Assembly: GCA_963744145.1 (NCBI GenBank)
Contig: CAVUSO010000001.1
Location: 5,536,001 to 5,600,000 of the forward strand
DNA from: an uncultured cyanobacterium
Lineage (GTDB): Bacteria; Cyanobacteriota; Cyanobacteriia; Cyanobacteriales; CAWUOF01
Length of the DNA: 64,000 nt
Direction: 5' to 3'
Shown: positions 59,985-64,000 of the stretch, piece by piece
How positions within the stretch are numbered: position 1 is the first letter of the stretch
Layout of the letters: each line of letters opens with the position of its first letter
Translations under genes and position numbers: made by a program
The notes under the pieces: model-generated
Databases searched by the model: none
What the model was told of the DNA's origin: nothing
The model's input: only the letters and a program-made list of their open reading frames with translations

Positions 59985-61982
59985 TTAAAAAGGCATATCC
60001 TCCCAATCAGATTCATTTTCCTCATTTTCAGGCTCAATATTTAACTCAGATGGTGGTGTCTGAATGTCTTTGCTGTTAGAACTGTGAGCAGAGCGATCGT
60101 GATCGCACCAATCAGCCGCAACCTGATAAAGCCACTCTAATTCTTTGGTCTGGGTTAAAACTTCCCCGTCAAAAAAATTGGCAAGTTTTTGGCTGGCGAT
60201 CGCTATTTCTTTTCTCTCAGTTTCTTCATTGAATAAATTAACTGTTGGCTCACTAATTATTTGAGATGGATTATTAATTACTGATGATTGTTTGCTGCCA
60301 TTTGCTAAAGCTTTTGGTTCGGTTTGAATTACTAAATTTTCTCCCTTTAAATTGGGTTCAGGTTCTTTTTTTTGGAGATTGTTTGGCTCATTTTCCCGTT
60401 CAGAATTTTCCGAAAAAATTGTGGCATCTTTATTAGTCTCGACCTGATTTTTACTAATATTCTGACGTTCCGTTCCTGTGCTAATCACTTGCAGATTAAC
60501 TTTGATTTCACCTTGACAAACTTCTAAAAAAGCTGCGTTGATACTTGACAATCCTTTCTGCACCATTAATAATAAAGGTTGGGAACGGATACCAATCGAA
60601 GCTACCCCATTCCGAAAATCTAACAATTGTCCATGTTGACGTAGTAAAGCTTGAGTAGAACCTTGATGAATTAAACTAATTACTTGTTGCCAAAGTTGTT
60701 CATTGTCAAGCGATCGCTCTGGTTTAACAGCAGCAGAATGTTCGGGATTATTAGTAGGAACTGGTGGTGATTCAGTTGGTTGATGAGTAGTTTGTGATTT
60801 TACTACTCCATGAGTCGATGATTGAGGGATAGATGGTTCCTGGGGAATCAAATTTGGACGAGCTGAAGAATTTCGTTGGTGCTGAATTTGCAGTGCTGAA
60901 GGTAATAATTCTAATAAAGTTACTTCTAACCACAATCGGGGTTGGGTAGTATTTTTAATTTGGGTTTCGCTATTTTTTAGATGTTTTTGACTGGCTAAAA
61001 TTGTGGTCATCTCCCAACTAAGAGCTACTTGACATAATTGTTCCCAAGTTGGTGGTGTAAGCATCACTAAGTCACTGCGACTAGGGGCTGTTTTGGCAAT
61101 CAATAAATCTCGATAAAAACTAACTAAGTTGTGGAAAACTATTAATGGTTCTCTCCCTCGGTCTAGCAAATATCTAGTTTGTTGTAAAACTGTTTCAGGT
61201 TGATCAGATGCGATCGCTAGTAATAAGCTCATCAAATCTTTTTCAGGAACTGCACCGACTAAATCCCAGATTTTTTCGACGGTTACTTCTCCGGTAATTA
61301 AACTCACTTGATCTAGTAAACTTTCTGCATCCCTAAGTCCTCCTTGAGCAGTTTGAGCAATACTTAATACCGCTGTATCTGTAATATTGATATGTTCCTG
61401 AGTCGCAATATGTCGCAAATGTTTTACCATTGCTTCGATCGGAATCCGACGAAAGGGAAATGATTGACAACGGGAAATAATTGTGGGTAAGACTCTTTGG
61501 GGATCGGTGGTTGCTAAGACAAATATTACTCGATCGGGTGGTTCTTCTAGGGTTTTTAATAAAGAATTAAATGCTGCGGTACTCAGCATATGACATTCAT
61601 CAATAATATAAACTTTATAACGACACTGAACTGGGGCAAATTGAGCGCGTTCAATTAATTCTCTAATATGATCGACACCGGTATTACTAGCTGCATCAAT
61701 TTCTACTACATCTAAGGATTTACCCTGGGTAATATCAGTACATACCGCACATTGACCACAGGGTTTTTCTGTAGGGACTTTACTATTGAGACAGTTGAGA
61801 GATTTAGCCAAAATTCGGGCACTAGAGGTTTTTCCAGTTCCTCTTGGTCCGGTAAATAGATAAGCTGGGGCAATTTTATTTTGTTGGATCGCATAAGTAA
61901 GAGTAGTCGCGATCGCATCTTGACCCACTAAATCAGCAAAGGTTTGGGGGCGATATTTGTGATGTAGAGGTTCGTAGGCCAC
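59985..61982 (-). CDS. dnaX: DNA polymerase III subunit gamma/tau
   Basis: KYRPQTF, GPRGTGKT, EIDAAS, IDECHML, LKTLEEPP, SRC. Confidence 0.96.
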   Translation of the reverse strand: MAYEPLHHKYRPQTFADLVGQDAIATTLTYAIQQNKIAPAYLFTGPRGTGKTSSARILAKSLNCLNSKVPTEKPCGQCAVCTDITQGKSLDVVEIDAASNTGVDHIRELIERAQFAPVQCRYKVYIIDECHMLSTAAFNSLLKTLEEPPDRVIFVLATTDPQRVLPTIISRCQSFPFRRIPIEAMVKHLRHIATQEHINITDTAVLSIAQTAQGGLRDAESLLDQVSLITGEVTVEKIWDLVGAVPEKDLMSLLLAIASDQPETVLQQTRYLLDRGREPLIVFHNLVSFYRDLLIAKTAPSRSDLVMLTPPTWEQLCQVALSWEMTTILASQKHLKNSETQIKNTTQPRLWLEVTLLELLPSALQIQHQRNSSARPNLIPQEPSIPQSSTHGVVKSQTTHQPTESPPVPTNNPEHSAAVKPERSLDNEQLWQQVISLIHQGSTQALLRQHGQLLDFRNGVASIGIRSQPLLLMVQKGLSSINAAFLEVCQGEIKVNLQVISTGTERQNISKNQVETNKDATIFSENSERENEPNNLQKKEPEPNLKGENLVIQTEPKALANGSKQSSVINNPSQIISEPTVNLFNEETERKEIAIASQKLANFFDGEVLTQTKELEWLYQVAADWCDHDRSAHSSNSKDIQTPPSELNIEPENEENESDWEDMPF

Positions 61983-62077
61983 AATTGTAACAGGATAGTT
62001 CGTTTTTTAGCTATCTTCTAATGTAACTGCTACTTCTCCACCACTGCCATGCTTGATTTAAGTTTTTTCGATCAAAT

Positions 62078-62104
62078 AAAAAAGCCTGTTAATCCAGGCT
62101 TTTT
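62078..62104 (-). terminator. Rho-independent terminator, potentially bidirectional
   Basis: AAAAAAGCCTG-loop-CAGGCTTTTT downstream of the 62132-62503 gene. Confidence 0.7.
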
Positions 62105-62131
62105 CAGATTAGATATTTTGCTGTTCCAGTT

Positions 62132-62503
62132 TTATTTTCCAGTGGGAATAGGGTCAGTAGGAGTGGACGGTGCGATCGTGCCATTAGTTGGAACAGCCTG
62201 AGTTGGTGAGTTTAGGCGTTGTAATTGCGCCTGTCGGAACTTATCTGCAGCACTAGTAACGTTGTTATTTAGTCCCTCATTGAACACATATCCAGGACGA
62301 CCAATTAGCTGGGCTCGATGAAGGATATCGAATCCTTGCAAAAAGCCATTACTACTAGAGTCTCTTTCATTAGTAGAAAGATTTGGTTGAGCTTGAGGAT
62401 CACCGTAAACGTCTTGAGCAAAACTAGATTGAGTCAGCACCAAGGGGGTGACTCCAAAAACAGTAATTGCGGTGAGAAGAGAGAATTTGATTTTCATAGT
62501 CAC
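62132..62503 (-). CDS. Hypothetical secreted protein
   Basis: Signal peptide; FDILHRAQ; Pro/Thr-rich tail. Confidence 0.7.
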   Translation of the reverse strand: MTMKIKFSLLTAITVFGVTPLVLTQSSFAQDVYGDPQAQPNLSTNERDSSSNGFLQGFDILHRAQLIGRPGYVFNEGLNNNVTSAADKFRQAQLQRLNSPTQAVPTNGTIAPSTPTDPIPTGK

Positions 62504-62536
62504 AGAATCAATCTATGTTAAAGACTATTTTACTAC

Positions 62537-63409
62537 TTAAGCTAAAGTCCGGCGCAGTAAAGGTTGAATGACCAAGAGTGCCACTAGGTCAAAACCGAGC
62601 AATACGAACAAAGCACCAGCAAAACTAACTGAACCCCAAGGTGCTTGCATTACGATGCTACTGAAAGACCAATCGCTGTGCAGATACAAATAGCGAATTG
62701 GCTCAATCGCATAGCTCAAAGGATTAAGTGTGACCACAATTTGTAACCAATTGGGCATAAAAGCTAGTGGTGCTAAAGCTGTACTGGCAAATAGAAGGGG
62801 TAAGTTGGTAACAAAAATGACCGCAATTAATTCAATATGACCAGGAAGTGCAAACGCTAACCCTAAACTCAGCGCAGTCACACCCAAGACTAACAGGATA
62901 ATAATTAGTGCGATCGTCAGTAATCCGGTAATTCCAGGTAATCCAGTCCCTAAAAAAGTACCACCAATAATAATAGTTGCGGTTTGAATCGAACTTAAGG
63001 TAATAATAAAGATGGCGGAAGCTAGGACAATGGAAAACCGAGAAGCTAGGGGTGCTACTAGCAATCGATTCAGAAAGCCAAATTCTCGGTCAAACATTAC
63101 GGGTAACCCAGCATTTAAAGCCCCCGCAAAAGCAGTAAACACGATCACTCCTGCGGCTAAGAATAATTCGTAATTATTACTTTCGCCAAATAAACCCTTT
63201 GGTGCATTCTCAAATAGTGCCCCAAATAAAATTAGCCACATCAGGGGTTGAATAATTCCTGCAATCAGGGTCGATGGTCGTCGTTGGAGTTGGATGAACA
63301 GACGTTTGGTTAAAGCGAGAGTCTCTTGGACCAATTCCCCGATCTGATTGGTGTTAGCTGCTGGCGGCAAAGTAAGATCTAGTTGAGGAGGAGTTACAGT
63401 AGTAGTCAT
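62537..63409 (-). CDS. ABC-2 type permease (Ycf38-like)
   Basis: QPLMWLILFG, MFDREFGFLNRLLVAP, LNPLSYAIEPIR. Confidence 0.9.
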   Translation of the reverse strand: MTTTVTPPQLDLTLPPAANTNQIGELVQETLALTKRLFIQLQRRPSTLIAGIIQPLMWLILFGALFENAPKGLFGESNNYELFLAAGVIVFTAFAGALNAGLPVMFDREFGFLNRLLVAPLASRFSIVLASAIFIITLSSIQTATIIIGGTFLGTGLPGITGLLTIALIIILLVLGVTALSLGLAFALPGHIELIAVIFVTNLPLLFASTALAPLAFMPNWLQIVVTLNPLSYAIEPIRYLYLHSDWSFSSIVMQAPWGSVSFAGALFVLLGFDLVALLVIQPLLRRTLA

Positions 63410-63450
63410 CTTTTGATTTCATCCTTGGTGTGAAAAAAATATCTAATAGT

Positions 63451-64000
63451 TTAAGCACGCATTGCTTTCTTTTTCTCTGCTTTCAAATCACGGTTGTTAC
63501 TTGCTTCTAATTCTGCATCTAACAGAGTTTTTCCGGTAGCCGCTAAGTAAACGTCATCTAAACTAGGACGAGACTGAGCTACACTAAACATGGGTAAACC
63601 TTTGTCCCGCAAAGCTTGTTGAATTGTTAATAGTGCATCACTTTGGGCTTGAACAACTAAATTGAGGGAGTTACCTTGAGCTGTATTGACAATAATGTCT
63701 TGGACGAAAGGTAGAGATTTGAGCATATTTTTTGCTGTTTCAGCTTCAGCAAGGGGAGAAAATTCGCGAATTCGCAACGTAATGCGATCGCCTCCAACTT
63801 GATCTTTTAATTCTGAGGGAGTTCCCGTGGCAATTACTACACCTTTGTCAATGATCGCGACTCGATTAGCTAGAGCATCTATTTCTTCAAGATAGTGGCT
63901 AGTAATCAATACTGTTGTCCCATTATCCCGCAATTGGCGCAGAAAATCCCAGACAATTACACGACTTTCAATATCTAATCCCACCGTAGGTTCGTCTAAA
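63451..64000 (-). CDS. ABC transporter ATP-binding protein, 5' end outside the window
   Basis: LDEPTVGLD, TSHYLEE, PSLDDVYL. Confidence 0.9.
   Translation of the reverse strand, partial: LDEPTVGLDIESRVIVWDFLRQLRDNGTTVLITSHYLEEIDALANRVAIIDKGVVIATGTPSELKDQVGGDRITLRIREFSPLAEAETAKNMLKSLPFVQDIIVNTAQGNSLNLVVQAQSDALLTIQQALRDKGLPMFSVAQSRPSLDDVYLAATGKTLLDAELEASNNRDLKAEKKKAMRA

Noticed and set aside
59985..61982. Intein or programmed frameshift in dnaX
   Set aside because: The ORF is continuous, has no intein splice motifs, and the extra length is low-complexity linker.

Overview
Chromosomal window from a cyanobacterium, inferred from very frequent HIP1 GCGATCGC octamers and genes such as zds, mgdA, ebsA, Uma2 paralogues and cyano-type PEP-CTERM proteins. 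It holds housekeeping genes (murE, cysH, sbcD, dacB, cobQ, zds, livMGF, yajQ, mgdA, dnaX) and two accessory zones. Zone 1 (about 1-13.3 kb): two tandem Ser/Thr kinase-AAA-GAF(-His kinase) genes, the second cut off by an IS200/IS605 element with intact tnpB and decayed tnpA, then a Fur-box-like site, a feoA remnant and a peroxiredoxin-like/2OG-Fe(II) oxygenase fusion. Zone 2 (about 43.2-49 kb): a 1.8 kb non-coding tandem array (about 3.7 x 488 bp) of paired REP-type hairpin MITEs with polymorphic 23-24 bp insertions, a frameshifted caspase-kinase-GUN4 gene, a solo MITE with a 10-bp target duplication and a decayed DUF433/DUF5615 pair. The most intriguing signal is the GUN4 3' end: an A-depleted, variable-looking segment followed by a DNA cassette that gives a GUN4-like terminus and a stop codon in all three frames. 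Also notable are a stand-alone divergent nusA and a near-identical PEP-CTERM duplication. No CRISPR array, rRNA, tRNA or reverse transcriptase was recognised. All product calls come from motif recognition, not database searches.
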